Source: the human T2T-CHM13v2.0 reference genome, Homo sapiens
Assembly: GCF_009914755.1 (NCBI RefSeq)
Contig: NC_060930.1
Direction: 5' to 3' (one strand)
Length of the DNA stretch: 64,000 nt
Part shown: positions 12,925 through 24,650 of the stretch, piece after piece
Layout: each line of letters starts with the position of its first letter
Numbering within the stretch: the first letter of the stretch is position 1
Notes under the pieces: model-generated
The model's database searches: none
Told to the model about the DNA's origin: nothing
What the model saw: the letters and a program-made list of their open reading frames with translations, nothing else
Program-made: the position numbers and the translations under genes

Positions 12925-13097
12925 ATTCAATTAACAATTTTTACTGAAGGGCTTAGGTTGCATCAGAGAACAAAACGGACATAAATCTTTGCCTTCATGA
13001 ATTTACATTCTAGTGCAAAAACAAGAAGAAAAAAATAAACATAAGTAAAGTGAATTATAAATATGCAAGAAAGTAATAAGTGCTATAAAAAAAAATA
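12925..13097 (-). mobile_element. L2a 3' fragment
   Basis: 'gaacaaaacggacataaatctttgccttcatgaatttacattctagtg...taagtgctataaaaaaaaata'. Confidence 0.65.
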
Positions 13098-13275
13098 GGA
13101 CCCAGTGATTCATGTCTTCAATCCCAGCACTTTCGGAGGCCGAGTTGGGATACTTGTTTGTGGCCAGGAGTTCAATACTAGTCCAGATATAAAAAACGAG
13201 GCCTCGTCTCTACAAAAAATTAGCCAAGCAAGGTAGCCACAAGGTAGTACACTCCAGCCTGACAGGGTGACACTA
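13098..13275 (+). mobile_element. Degenerate Alu with most of the right arm deleted
   Basis: 'aatcccagcactttcggaggccgag...ccaggagttcaa...cgtctctacaaaaaattagcca' jumps to 'cactccagcctg'. Confidence 0.8.
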
Positions 13276-13989
13276 GCTCTTGTAACCATGATTAACCACC
13301 AACATTAACCTTGTTCATTCCCTCAAAAGTATGGTATTGAAAGGGTCCATGTAATTTTAAACTTTCTTTTCCTGCAAAAGAATTTCCTTATTTTGGGGGG
13401 GAAATTTTATGAGCATTTATCTCCACTTTTAATTGTCTCCTCTGAGAAGTCGAAGTATTGGAACTTGGGCTATTTGCAAGAAGGCTCTTAGCTATTTTAC
13501 ACTTGAACCACTGGAAAGATAAAGTCTGTCATCAGCCACAGTATCTTCCCAGAACAGAGACATGAGGTTAACACCCATGGGCCTACCAGTTACCCTGACA
13601 TGCAAGCTTGTCTGAATTCCATATAATGAATTTGAAGTGAGCTTTTAAGGTGACTGCTGCACAGGGCCTAGGTCATTTCTAGGTGAAAGTACCAAAGAGA
13701 TGGAGACAGAGGCACTCACCCGTCCACAGTTACCAGATTGTGAATGTCAGTTCTTAAGCAAAAGGAAAGCGTCTGAAGACTCAGAGAAATTCATTCTGGT
13801 CAAATTTGTGGATTTTTTTTTCCATACATTTATTTTTAAAAATCATAATTCTGGGATTCTGAAGCCATCCTCACCATTTTTTAGGCTCTGGGGTGGAATG
13901 GGGGAGATGTATAAACACACGTATTTATTTGTCTGTTTTTAAAATTCAGTTTGTTTATTGTTATTTAAAAAACAAAACAGTAAACAGAA

Positions 13990-14175
13990 AACTGGGTGCT
14001 CATCCCAGCTCTTACCTCTAATTTCTGATATCTTAAGTAACTCTGAATCTCTGAATCTCAATTTCTCAGCAGTAATAACAAGTCAATATCCTACCTACAC
14101 TGAAATCTTGATGTACAAATAAATGAGAAATCCTGGAAAAGCTCTGCAAAAACTACAATATGAATGTATAGTATT
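13990..14175 (+). mobile_element. MIR
   Basis: 'catcccagctct...ctctgaatctcaatttctca...cctacc...aaatgaga'. Confidence 0.55.
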
Positions 14176-14369
14176 CTAATAATTAAATCTTCACCATAAC
14201 ACTCCACAAATACTCCCCAGTTAAATGGGCTCTTGAGGACTTGCAGGGGCAGCCAGTAACCAATCCACCTTATTTTTCTAGTTAAAAAAAAGTTTTAAAA
14301 GTTATTTTCATTTAATTATTTCATTTTTTCTTTTAATTTGAATTAGTCATAAGATCTTAAAAAAAAGTA

Positions 14370-15900
14370 CAGTCATATACTGCATAATAACATTTTAGTC
14401 AACGATAGACCGTGTATACAGTAGTAGTCCCTTAAGATTACAATGGAGCTTAAAAAAGGATGAGTTCATGTCCTTTGTAGGGAAATGGATGAAGCTGGAA
14501 ACCATCATTCTGAGCACACTATCGCAAGGACAGAAAACCAAACACCGCATGTTCTCACTCATAGGTGGGAATTGAACAATGAGAACACTTGGACACAGAG
14601 TGGGGAACATCACACACCAGGACCTGCCGTGGGGTAGGGGGAGGGGAGAGGGATAGCATTAGGAGAAATACCTAATGTAAATGACGAGTTAATGGGTGCA
14701 GCACGCTAACATGGCACATGTATACATATATAACAAAGCTGCACATTGTGCACATGTACCCTAGAACTTAAAGTATAATAAAAAAAAAAGATTATAATGG
14801 AGCCGAAAAATTCCTATCTCTTAGTGACCTCATAGCCATTATAACACTGTAGCACACTTATTGTGAGTGTAACTCACTAGAGGACGCTGGTGTAAACAAA
14901 TCTACTGCCCTGACAGTCATATAAAAGTCTAGCACATACAATTTTGTGTAGTACATAATACTTGATCATAATAATAAACAACTATGTTACTAATTTATGT
15001 ATTTACTATATTATCCATTTGTCATTATTTTAAAGTGTACTCCTTCTACTTGGAAAACAAAAAGAATGAACTGTAAAACAGCCTCAGGCTGGTCCTTCAG
15101 GAGATATTCCAGAAGAAGTCTTTCTTATCATAGGAGATGACAGCTCTATGTGTGTTAGTTAACTCTGAAGACCTTCCAGTGGGACAAGATGTGGAGGTAG
15201 AAGACAGTGTTATTAATGATCTTGACCCTGTGCAGGCCTAGGCTAATTGTGTGTTTTATTAAAAATAGAAAAAAGCTTATAAAATATAAAGCTTTTTATA
15301 GGATATAAAGAAAAAAATATTTTTGCACAGTTGAAATGTGTTTGGGTTTTAAGCTAAGTATTATAGGAGTCAAAAAGTTAAAAAAAATTTAAAACATTTG
15401 TAAAGAAAAATTGTTACAGTAAGCTCAGGTTAATTATTATTGAAGAAATAACATTTTTAATAAATTTAGTATAGCCTGATTGTACAGTGTTTATAAAGTC
15501 TACAGTAATGTAGAGTAAGGTCCTATGCCTTCATGTTCACTCAGCACTCACTCACTGGCTCACTCAGAGCAATTTCCAGTCCTGCAAGCTCCATTCATGG
15601 TAAGTGCCCTATACAGGTGTAACATTTTTTATATTACATTTTTATTTACATTTTGTATGTTTAGATACACAAATACTTACCATGGTGTTACAATTTTCTA
15701 CAGTATTCGGTACAGTCACATGCTGTGCAGGTTTGTAGCCTAGGAGCAATAGTCTATACGCTATAGCCTAAGCGTGTAGTACGCTATACCATCTAGATTT
15801 GTGTAGGTACACTATAAGGTACACTATAATGTTTGTATGGCAAAACACCTAAGGAGGCATTTCTCAAAACATACCCACATTGTTAAGCGATGCTTGACTG
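14370..15900 (+). mobile_element. Tigger3/Golem (Tigger3b-like) non-autonomous DNA transposon with both ends, interrupted by an L1PA
   Basis: TA|cagtcatatactgcataataacatt ... tgttaagcgatgcttgactg|TA: terminal inverted repeats with TA TSD; internal 'aaacagcctcaggctggtccttcaggagatattccagaagaag'. Confidence 0.9.
14450..14787 (+). mobile_element. 5'-truncated L1PA (about L1PA4-6) 3' end
   Basis: 'aaaaaggatgagttcatgtcctttgtaggg...ggagaaatacctaatgtaaatgacgag...ccctagaacttaaagtataataaaa'; 16-bp TSD aagattacaatggagc (14434-14449) / aagattataatggagc (14788-14803). Confidence 0.96.
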
Positions 15901-16035
15901 TACATGGTACACAATTGTGTAATCTAATTACCTGAAGATTTTAAAAATTAACTTAAGTGCATGCAACAGAACTTTGAAAAATATAATGAAATTAGAGTCA
16001 CTTTCTATTTTAAAATGAAAGATTTGATTCACATG

Positions 16036-16137
16036 GGGGTAACTTACTCATCTCAGTTTTCCCAGGACTTGCCTGGTCTTGAAGCTGAAGATCCTGCATT
16101 CCAGGAAGCCCATTAGCCCAGGAAAACCAGAATGGTT
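16036..16137 (+). mobile_element. MER94-like hAT-Blackjack MITE
   Basis: 'ggggtaact..tcatctcagttttcccaggactt..ctggt...ctgaa..tcctgcattccaggaagccc..agcccaggaaaaccagaatggtt'. Confidence 0.65.
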
Positions 16138-16956
16138 TATTAATACAGACATTATTAAAAAATTTCAAAGAGACATATAACTGAGTTAATAGCATTTTGG
16201 AGAGAAATAATAGTAATTTTTCTCAAAAGTTTAGAAAGAATCCAGTTTATTGAAAAACTTCTATGAATGACACAGATAATAGAACGAAAACCATGTTCTT
16301 TTCTTGGAATATTGCTTTGTGTCATAAGCAAGAACATTTTTGAAGACTGATAGGAACATGTCAAAAATTTACAGAAGCCAGGTTGAAGGGAGCTCACTGG
16401 CCAAATTTGGGACAATTTCAACACCACACATAATAATGATATTAATGGATTCTAACATATTTCACTTTTAAAAATCCATAGTTTATAGTGATGATAACAA
16501 TTAAAAAAATAAGGGAATGGGGAAGTATTTGAGAATAAGAAGAAGAATGCCAACCAGTAAATTAGAAGAAATGATTTTAAATCACCAATGTATAACTACC
16601 ACTGGTTCAGGCAAGGATAACTGCTGGATGCTAAAACAATTGGGTGCAAGTTTTCTGGGAAAGTCACACAAAAAAATCACCCCACATCTTACTGATTACA
16701 GAGGGAAAAGTACATTTACAATGTGGACAGACACACCTTAACCAAGTGAAAATACTTAGCACCACTAACGATGGCACAAACTGACATTTTATGCCTCCTA
16801 AGTACACATTATCTAGGTGAGGTCCTTGCCAAGATTGTTTAATTTGAATCTAATAATGAGGAAGTAGACAAATCTAGATTGTAAAAATTCTACTGAACAA
16901 CTGGCATGAGCTCTTCAAAAATGTCAATGTCCTGAAAGACATTAAAAAAGAAAAGA

Positions 16957-17567
16957 TGTGGTAGGTAGTCTCCAAGGATGGTTGCCAGTAACCCCTACCC
17001 TCTCCTCCCTATACATGCACTCTGTTCTTATCAAGAGATGAGTCCATGTCCCTCCTTGAACCTGCGCTGGCTTTTTGACCTGCTATGACCAATACAAGGC
17101 AATGGACCTTGTTTTCAGATAAGCCCTTAAGACAGTGGTCCCCAACCTTTTTGGCACAAGAGACTGGTTTCAAGGGAGACAATTTTTCCACGGGGCTGGG
17201 GCATGGTTTCAGGATGAAACTGTTCCACCTCAGATCATCAGGCATTAGATTCTCATAAGGAGCACAATGCCTAGATCCCTTGCATGCAGTTCACAATAGG
17301 GTTCATGCTCCTGTGAGAATCTAATGCCTCCAGCTGATCTGACAGGAGGTGGAGCTAAGGCGGTAATGCTTGCTCGCCTGCCGCTCACCCGCTGCTGTGT
17401 AGCCTGGTTCCTAACAGGCTAAGGAGTGATACCAGTCCACAGCCAAGGGACTTGGCTGGAGAGTGCTTGAACTTTCCAGTTGCCAGCTGCATGTAGTTAA
17501 ATGAGTGACCCCAGCTGATACTACCTCAAGAAGAACTAACCCTGTCAGCCCACAGAAATGTGATAAA

Positions 17568-17599
<32 letters not shown>

Positions 17600-17676
17600 T
17601 AAATAAATAAATAGTTATAGTTTTAAGCCATCAAGTTTGGAGTTTATTTGTTACACATCCATAGCCAATGATGACA
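16957..17676 (+). mobile_element. MaLR solo LTR (MLT1F/G-like) interrupted by MER1B; contains (GTAA)n/(AATA)n at ~17565-17612
   Basis: TGTGGTAGG start; 'tcaagagatgagtccatgtccctccttgaacctg..ctggc..tgacctgctatgaccaata'; end 'ttttaagccatcaagtttgg...ttgttacaca..atag..aatgatgaCA'. Confidence 0.75.
17133..17455 (+). mobile_element. MER1B (hAT-Charlie), 3' terminus missing
   Basis: 'cagtggtccccaacctttttggcac...gatgaaactgttccacctcagatcatcaggcattagattctcataaggagc...ctgacaggaggtggagct...gttcctaacaggc'. Confidence 0.92.
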
Positions 17677-18189
17677 AAAACTGAACACAGCACATAGCTA
17701 TAAAGAGCTTATTTGGGACAACTGGATACTTTTGAAAAGGACTTGTTATTAGATAATGTTGTTCTATCAATGTTAAATTACTTAGATGTAATAATGATAT
17801 TGTGATTATGTAAGACAATATGCTTGTTCTTAGGACATGCATGCTAAGTACTTGGATATGCATGCATGCACACACACATACGCACACTTTATATATTGTA
17901 TACAGACATGTGGCAAAAACAACAATTAATCCTAATAAAGGGTTATACAGTATTCACTGTACTATTCTTTCAACTTTTCTGTAGGTTTGAGATTCTTCAA
18001 AATAAAACATTTTGAAGGGAAATAAATGATTTAGAGATTTACGATACATTTTGTACTTTTAAATAGATGTTTTTATTTTAAAATTTAAATATGTTAACTT
18101 AATTATCTAAATGAATCTTGAAGACAGAATTTTTAATGACTCAGATATGCAACAATAATAGTTTGGAACAAATGGAGTACAGCTCAGCA

Positions 18190-18350
18190 GGATGCAGTCA
18201 AGACAGGGGGCAAGACTAGAGGTCAGGAGCGCTGGGCTGTAAATCAGCTGTGGGACTTTGGGCAAGTTACTCCCCTTCTCTGGGTATCAGTTTTCTCATC
18301 TATGAAATAAAAGCTAATTGATATCTATGGCTCTTTTTAGCTTTATGGAT
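18190..18350 (+). mobile_element. MIR/MIR3
   Basis: Core 'ctgtgggactttgggcaagttact.cccttctctgggtatcagttttctcatctatgaaat'. Confidence 0.75.
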
Positions 18351-18869
18351 CTCCAAACTGGCACAGTGTCATTATTTAAGCATACATCCCCAAAGGGGAA
18401 AAAAACTACAAAAGAATTCCCCAAAATCAAGAACAAGCTATTTAAGAATAAAGAAGAGATAACAATCTTAGAACACAATTTTCCTAAACATGGGCTACCT
18501 TGGAAAAACAAAATACCAAACAGAGGCAATTGGTTGACACAACAATTTATGCTGATGGGAAATACCGCAATCAGCATGGCAATGCAGGGCATGACTCAGT
18601 GCAGGGGGGCTGAGAAACAGAATTAAACACACCCACAGAAACACCTCATTGAAATTCACCTCTCATATCCATTACTAACTAGATTCTTATGAGTGAACTT
18701 TACCTAGAAGCTTACTGACAAAATGTTCGTAAGTCAAAGTTTATTCAAAGGAATTCCATAACATTTTCCATAGTAAGCAAATAATGGCCCTAGATATGTC
18801 ATATACCTGCCTTATATCAATGTAAGGTTTCATATGACAGCTTTACTTTAAAGGAAAATAAAGCATGAA

Positions 18870-19000
18870 CTCTGGTATTTATAGGGTGCCAGATTTTATA
18901 GTAGCCACTCTCACGTGTTACTTTATTTAATCTTCACAACCTTGAGTGCTGGGTATTATTTACCTCATTTTTAATCATGAAGACACAGAAAATGAGGAAA
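18870..19000 (-). mobile_element. MIR
   Basis: 'tttaatcttcacaac...ggtattatttacctcattttt'. Confidence 0.6.
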
Positions 19001-19094
19001 GACTTGATAATCATCAAAACTAATTGTACCAGAGACTCTACATCCCTACTAAGGAAACATGGTAGAAATAAAAAAAGCTTTAACTGTGAGCAAA

Positions 19095-19200
19095 GAGAGG
19101 TTTGTTATATTTTATATATAAAAGAATTTTCACGGGATCACTAGGTGCTGGAATGTGTTCCTACAGAGGTTGCAGGATTCCTCTCTGAGGTCCTTACCAG
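19095..19200 (+). mobile_element. Possible L3/CR1 3' fragment
   Basis: 'aggtttgtt..ata..aagaattttcac...ctggaatg...agaggttgcaggattcctctctgaggt' resembles the CR1 ORF2 end. Confidence 0.35.
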
Positions 19201-19247
19201 CATATTGTCAGGAATAGGAGAGGCACAGTAAAGGCAAGGGACAATAT

Positions 19248-19432
19248 GGGAGGCAGTGGTCAGGAGAGGAGGTTCACTGGAGTGAGTCAGGAGACCTGGA
19301 TTCTCCTTGAGACTCTGTCACCTATTACCTGTGGGACCCAGAGAACGTCAGGTGACCTCACTGAACCTATTCTCATTCCTGAGAGGTGGAGTTAGGCCTT
19401 GTTCCCTTAAGCTCCCTTCCATTCTAAATGCT
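19248..19432 (+). mobile_element. MIR3
   Basis: 'gggaggcagt...gagtcaggagacctggattct...ctctgtcac...tgacctcactgaacct...aagctcccttcca..tctaa'. Confidence 0.7.
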
Positions 19433-20349
19433 TTCAGTACCTCTTAGGATTGCTCCATATCTACCCATTTTTGAGCCATAGATAGTTTATTTTTTGCTTT
19501 CATAATTTTTAAGAATATGTAGGATTTACAAGCACAAATAGGCAACATAAAATAAACATTAACAATTATTTTTTAAAAAAAATTAAAATTCTAATCCCAA
19601 GGAGAGGAGATAGGGTTGACACTGTCCAGCTGGCAGTAAGCCTATGAGTGAAAAAGAGTGGTTTTGGAAGAACCACACTAAATTATTAAAATCAAGTCTG
19701 AGCCCCCACTCAGACATCCATTCCACCCATTTACCTCCTCATTTTCCAAAGACCATCCATTTCACGATGATAGTGAAGGGACAAGGGAAATATAATATCT
19801 TAAGGACAAAGAGAACTAAAGAGGAGACATCTGTATACATATTTGGGAGATGAAAGCAGAACAGAGGGGTTGCCAATGAGAAGTGAGCCAATTCACCTGG
19901 GAATCCCAGGAGGCTCAGGGACTGGAGGAGGATGAAGAGAAGTCAATTGAAAGCATGTGTATATACACAGCAGTTGGACCAGGTGCCTTCACATGCTCCA
20001 CACAGCTTCAGCTATAGGGGGAAGGGGGCAGGGCCGTGGGGGGGGTGGGGCTCAACTGAGAAAGAAATTGACACAGGATCCAAGAAATAGGGGCTGTGGC
20101 ATAGAGTTCGTTGTAAGAATGTTCCAGTAAGAAAGCTATATAGCAGATTTCAGGGTAACCATGCAGATTAGAGAAGGTAAAAGAAGGCCCACATGAAAGG
20201 TTTCCAGAAGAAAAGGGGGAAAATTTTATCTGATATATTTGAACAGTGTAGAAAAAAAACTGTAATAGTCATATATCAGATATGAAAGCACATATAGAAA
20301 AAAATAAGGATGGAGAAAAAGGAAACTTTACAAGTAAAAATAAATGGAG

Positions 20350-20830
20350 GATACATAAATGTTCAGGGCAGCATTGTTCATAATTGTCAAAGTGTAAACA
20401 ACCCAAATGTCCATCAGCTGATGAATGAAAATCTATGTATATCCATAAAATGGAATATTATTTTGCAATTAAAAGGAATGAAGTACTGATATATGGTACT
20501 TGGATGAAGCTTGAAAACATTATACTAAGTGAAAGGAGCCAGACACAGAAAGCTACACATCATATGATTCCATTTTATATGAAATGTCCAGAATAGATAA
20601 ATCTATAGGGATAAAATAGAAATTAGTGTATGCCTACAACCAGAATGGTTGGAAAAGGAGAGGGGGTAGTGACTGTTAATGAGTTCTAGCTTTCTTTTCA
20701 GAGCGTTAAAAATGTTCAAAAATTAGTTTAGGGTGATGGTTGCAAAACGCTATAAATATACTAAAAAACATTAAATTATACACTTCAACCACAGGAATTT
20801 TGTGTTATATCTCAATAAACCCATTACAAA
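20350..20830 (+). mobile_element. L1MB-type 3' UTR
   Basis: 'gcagcattgttcataat...acaacccaaatgtccatcagctgatgaat...ttgaaaacattatactaagtgaaaggagccagacaca...gaaatgtccagaataga...ctcaataaa'. Confidence 0.88.
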
Positions 20831-21119
20831 CAGACTAATAAATAAATGAAGGGGGAAATGAGGTCAATTTTGACTTCAAGGAAAATAAAATGGTGTTCAA
20901 GGGAGTAAAAATAATTATGCCACATTATATTAATGGATTTGCCTAGTTATCAAAATGTACATTATTGATTTAACAAAAAAAATTAGATATACTAGGAGGA
21001 TGGAAGGTTGAGATAGGAAAGTTAAGAAAGGCATAAAATAATTTCTCATCTTCCATAACAAGAAATTAATAATAGATTGTGTCTAAAATGGACGGATCAA
21101 GAAATACTAGACAATATTA

Positions 21120-21460
21120 CAATTTCCCCTACATATCTGCAGATTCAACCAACTGCAGGTGGAAAATGTAGATAGGCCTACAATGGTTGTGTCTATACTG
21201 AACATATGTAGACTTTTTTAAATCATTATTCCCCATACAATGCATTATAACCATTATTTATATTGCATAAGATACTATCTGTAATCTAGAGGTGATTTAA
21301 AGTACTATATAAAGGGGGATGTACATAGGTTATATGCAAATGCTACACCATTTTATACAAGGGACTTGAGCATCCACAGATTTTTGTATCCATATTGAGT
21401 TTGGGCCATATCGAATTGAGGCCCTGAAACCAATTCCCCATGGATGCTGAGGCAGGATTT
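21120..21460 (+). mobile_element. MER2/MER2B (TcMar-Tigger MITE)
   Basis: 'gattcaaccaactgc...aatctagaggtgatttaaagta...taggttatatgcaaatgctacaccattttatacaagggacttgagcatccacagattt...aaccaattccccatggat'; TA at both flanks. Confidence 0.88.
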
Positions 21461-21504
21461 TACTTAGAAATTAGAGGTGATAATGCTGAAGAAGCTCCAA
21501 GAAT

Positions 21505-21650
21505 AGCAAGTGGTCGCCTGTGAAAAGCAGGAATTAGGGGAGAGTGGGGTTGGGTAGAGGTTGTAACCGTTAGTGCAAGCTTTTAAGTGCTAGCTGACCT
21601 TTTAGCTATGTACATTTATTACTTTAATAAAAATAAAAATTAAATTTAAG
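21505..21650 (+). mobile_element. Old L1M extreme 3' end
   Basis: 'aagtggtcgcctgtg...ctatgtacatttattactttaataaaaataaaaat'. Confidence 0.5.
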
Positions 21651-21954
21651 AAAAGTTTGGGTTTTCTACTGCCAGCTCAGCCTTTAGAGAGTTACCTTAT
21701 TTGAGCAAAACATCATTCCACATTGGTCTGGAACTCTAAGCATGCAGGTATCACAATGCTGATTCCAAAACTCACTCATCTCAATTGGACAAATTCTGAA
21801 ACAGGATTACTTGCTAAATCTGCCTTGAGTGGGGAATTGAAGAGGATATAATCTCTTTTGGGTTTTGAATAGAAATGTTACTATATACAGGGTATAAAAT
21901 CTTACAGGTTCCACCAGTAAAGAGATTAAATGGGAAGAAACCATTTCACCATTT

Positions 21955-22100
21955 CACCCTTTTCATCAGGCAGCCTCAGGATAATGCTGGTAGAGCATAC
22001 TTGGTCCTGCTGTTTTTTAAAATGAAAAAGTTGAGGCCAAGGAGACCTGAATGGCTTACCAAAGGTGACAAAGTAAAGCAGAGGTGGAACTCAATTGAAC
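21955..22100 (-). mobile_element. MIR
   Basis: 'aatgaaaaagttgaggccaaggaga..tgaatggcttaccaaaggtgaca'. Confidence 0.6.
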
Positions 22101-22779
22101 AACTCTAAAGACTTAAAATACTGAGCCTGAACATAGGTATTCTCCCTTAGACCCTAGACTTGGGCACCATAAGATGTATACTACATACTACCAGGCTGGA
22201 AATTGGCTGATGCTAAGCATATTTCACTCACTGCCTGCATATCTTAAAATACGTAGTAAAATATTTCCTGGATCCTCTCTTTTAATACCTGAAGTAACAT
22301 ATCTATATAAAATTGAGCCCATCCTAAATCTTTTTGTGTCTTCTTCATAACTCCCCTTAATTATTTTCAACTAGCACCAACTTATGTAAAACCAGATTTG
22401 TGTAAATTAGACGTATGTGTGTTGAACTCAGAACCCCCTAAAAAGTTATTAATTAATCGTTTTTAAGAAATGCTTCAGTTTGGAAAAACTTACATTAAAT
22501 CAATTCCCTTGGTTCCAAGATCCTACCTAACATGTTACTATACCAATATTTCACAAAGAGTTGTACAAATGATTATTCATCATACTCTTATTATTGCAAT
22601 ATAAATTGTCATTGTCCACAGAATAATATTTATTCTGGGTTACCGATGAAATATACATAGATATTGATATGGATATATCAGCTACGTAGATATGAATATG
22701 GTTACAGGTATAGATAAAGCTACAGATATAGATATTACATCTCTCCCCATATGATCCCCATTTAACAGAAGAATCAAAA

Positions 22780-23790
22780 CAGAAAGTGGTGATGGATGGG
22801 CACACATTGACTCTAACTGAGGCACTTTTAATTAGTTTCCTCCGTCCTCGGCACACAGCTAAGATTTGCATGATTTTATTTAGGGTAGCCTTGAGAGTGA
22901 TGCAGAAAAATGCTCTACAGACCAAGTGTTTTGAAATGTCCTTTATCAGCAACACATGTACATTTACACTCTTAACAGCAACAACTCAATTTTAGTTCAT
23001 AACTTTGTGAGCATCTGCTGTGATAACTACCTTTTTTATGTTGACGGGTGGCTGATTAAGGAGGAGGAATGTATTTTTAAGTTTGCTATCATGAAAAAAA
23101 TATATACCACCCTCTCCAATGGTTTGGCACCTCTTGATTCCTCGTGGTCCTTTTCCTTCTGAGCAGTTCAATTAGCTGGAAATCTCACTCTGATGGACTG
23201 AAGCAGCTTGAGTGAACGCCCGAGCGCTCAGCCAATTAGGCTCATTTGAAGTTGCAGAATTGCCTTCTTTGGTGTTAAAACCCCATGTCAAACACCGGGT
23301 CTAAGATCATTTGTGCTCCAAAATGAGATTGACAGAGCAGCTGCAACAGGGGGCATGCCTGCTGGACGACTTAATTGTGGAGCCTGAAGGGCCATCATGA
23401 ACCGGCGTGCGGAGACCGCCTCGCCACTGCTGCATTACAAATGCTCTTTATTAACAGCGATCTGTAATCAATGGGCTCAGGCTTTTTGCCAGAGCCCCCA
23501 AATCAGACAGGCGGGCCCCTGCGTCAGGGTGGGCGGAGCCACGGGGCCCAGCTATCGAGCTGGGAAGAGAAAGCTGTGTTGTCCCTGCCTGACTCTTGGG
23601 TGCGATGGTAAATCAGAAAGGGACCCTAGTAATCATTCCAGGGGCGCCCTCCTCTCACTACTGGTTGAATATTCATTAGCCCGGGTGAGCGCAGCTCACT
23701 GTACATACAATTACATCTTATTGATGTGAATGAAATAAATTGCTTTTCTTTCAACAAAGGCAATTGTTCTAAATCAGTTCAGCATTATAT
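22780..23790. promoter_or_regulatory. Candidate conserved non-coding regulatory element (enhancer or weak promoter) with CpG-rich core at 23214-23695
   Basis: About 20 CpGs in ~480 bp of non-repeat sequence, in a CpG-depleted window; many TAATT/TAAT(C) homeodomain cores, AGATTGACAG, TGTCAAACA and a GC box. Confidence 0.6.
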
Positions 23791-24014
23791 GTAAGAATAA
23801 ATTTTGATCAGAAATGTAAAGGCTTAGAGATGTATCTCCATATGTTGATACATAACTAAAGACCCAAAAATCTGTGGGTGTTAATTTCAGAAATTAGGTT
23901 AATTTAGTTAGGTTAATTTCAGAAATCTAAAATACATTTATTTGGAAACAATCTGTAAAATCCAATGCGAATTTCCTTTCCTTTAAAAGAAATCATTTCA
24001 TAATATTCTTTCTG

Positions 24015-24155
24015 ACAGTGTGTAATGGTAAAGCACTGAACTGGGAGTCAGAGACCTATAAACTAGACCAGGCTCCACTGCCAGCAAGCTGTGTAACCTT
24101 GGGTAAATCATTTAACCTCTCTGGCCTGCCTAGTCTTATCTTGTAATATGTGAGG
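24015..24155 (+). mobile_element. MIR
   Basis: 'gtaatggtaaagcactgaactgggagtcagagacc...ggctccactg...ctgtgtaaccttgggtaaatcatttaacctctctgg'. Confidence 0.8.
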
Positions 24156-24349
24156 GACAAACGAGTTGTAACAGTCCGTGGAGTTCATTTTCTATCCATC
24201 TTCTCTTAAATGTGTTTAGGGTTATTTCTTTCAACTCCGTAGTGCAAGAAAGCCATTTATCCTACTATTAAGAGCAGAAGAAAGAAAGAGCACAGGTAGG
24301 GTGGCCAAGCCACCTTGGCTCAGCCCCCTTGCCCTATTCTCAAAGAAAT

Positions 24350-24480
24350 ATCATTTATAGATATTGTTTCAGCAAAGCCCTGTGTTAAGTGCTATGAAAG
24401 ATAGGGCAGGACCAGAATCACCTAGGCCCTGCTTGCCAAGAGCTCAGTCTTCCACAGGGAAACAAACCAATAGATAAATA
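24350..24480 (-). mobile_element. L2 3' fragment
   Basis: 'gccctgtgttaagtgct...gata...ggccctgcttgccaagagctcagtct'. Confidence 0.5.
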
Positions 24481-24530
24481 ACTCACCAGTCCTTTTCCAG
24501 CATAGCTTTTCAGTTCACTAATAGGTCCAA

Positions 24531-24650
24531 CAGCATGTTATCCAGTATCAATGCAAATGCACTGCACACGACATAGCTGCCAGGAGCCCCATACACACAG
24601 ACCACCAGGTAAATGGAAAACCTCTGGAGTTGTACAGCATGACAGCCCTG
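24531..24650. mobile_element. MER91-like hAT-Tip100 MITE
   Basis: 'tgcactgcaca...cca.acaca.agac...gtaaatgg...ctctggagttgtacagcatgacagccctg'. Confidence 0.5.

Larger units (their letters stand above)
16345..18007 (+). mobile_element. L1MC/ME-type 3' UTR split by an MLT1 insertion at 16957-17676
   Basis: 'ctggccaaatttgggacaattt...caccttaaccaagtg...tcttcaaaaatgtcaatgtc' resumes after the LTR and ends 'actattctttcaacttttctgtaggtttga..tcaaaataaaa'. Confidence 0.75.

Noticed and set aside
23397-23729. 110-aa ATG ORF in the CpG-rich element
   Set aside because: GC-rich sequence lacks stops by chance and the peptide is unrecognisable. The motif content fits a regulatory element better. PhyloCSF or Ribo-seq would settle it.
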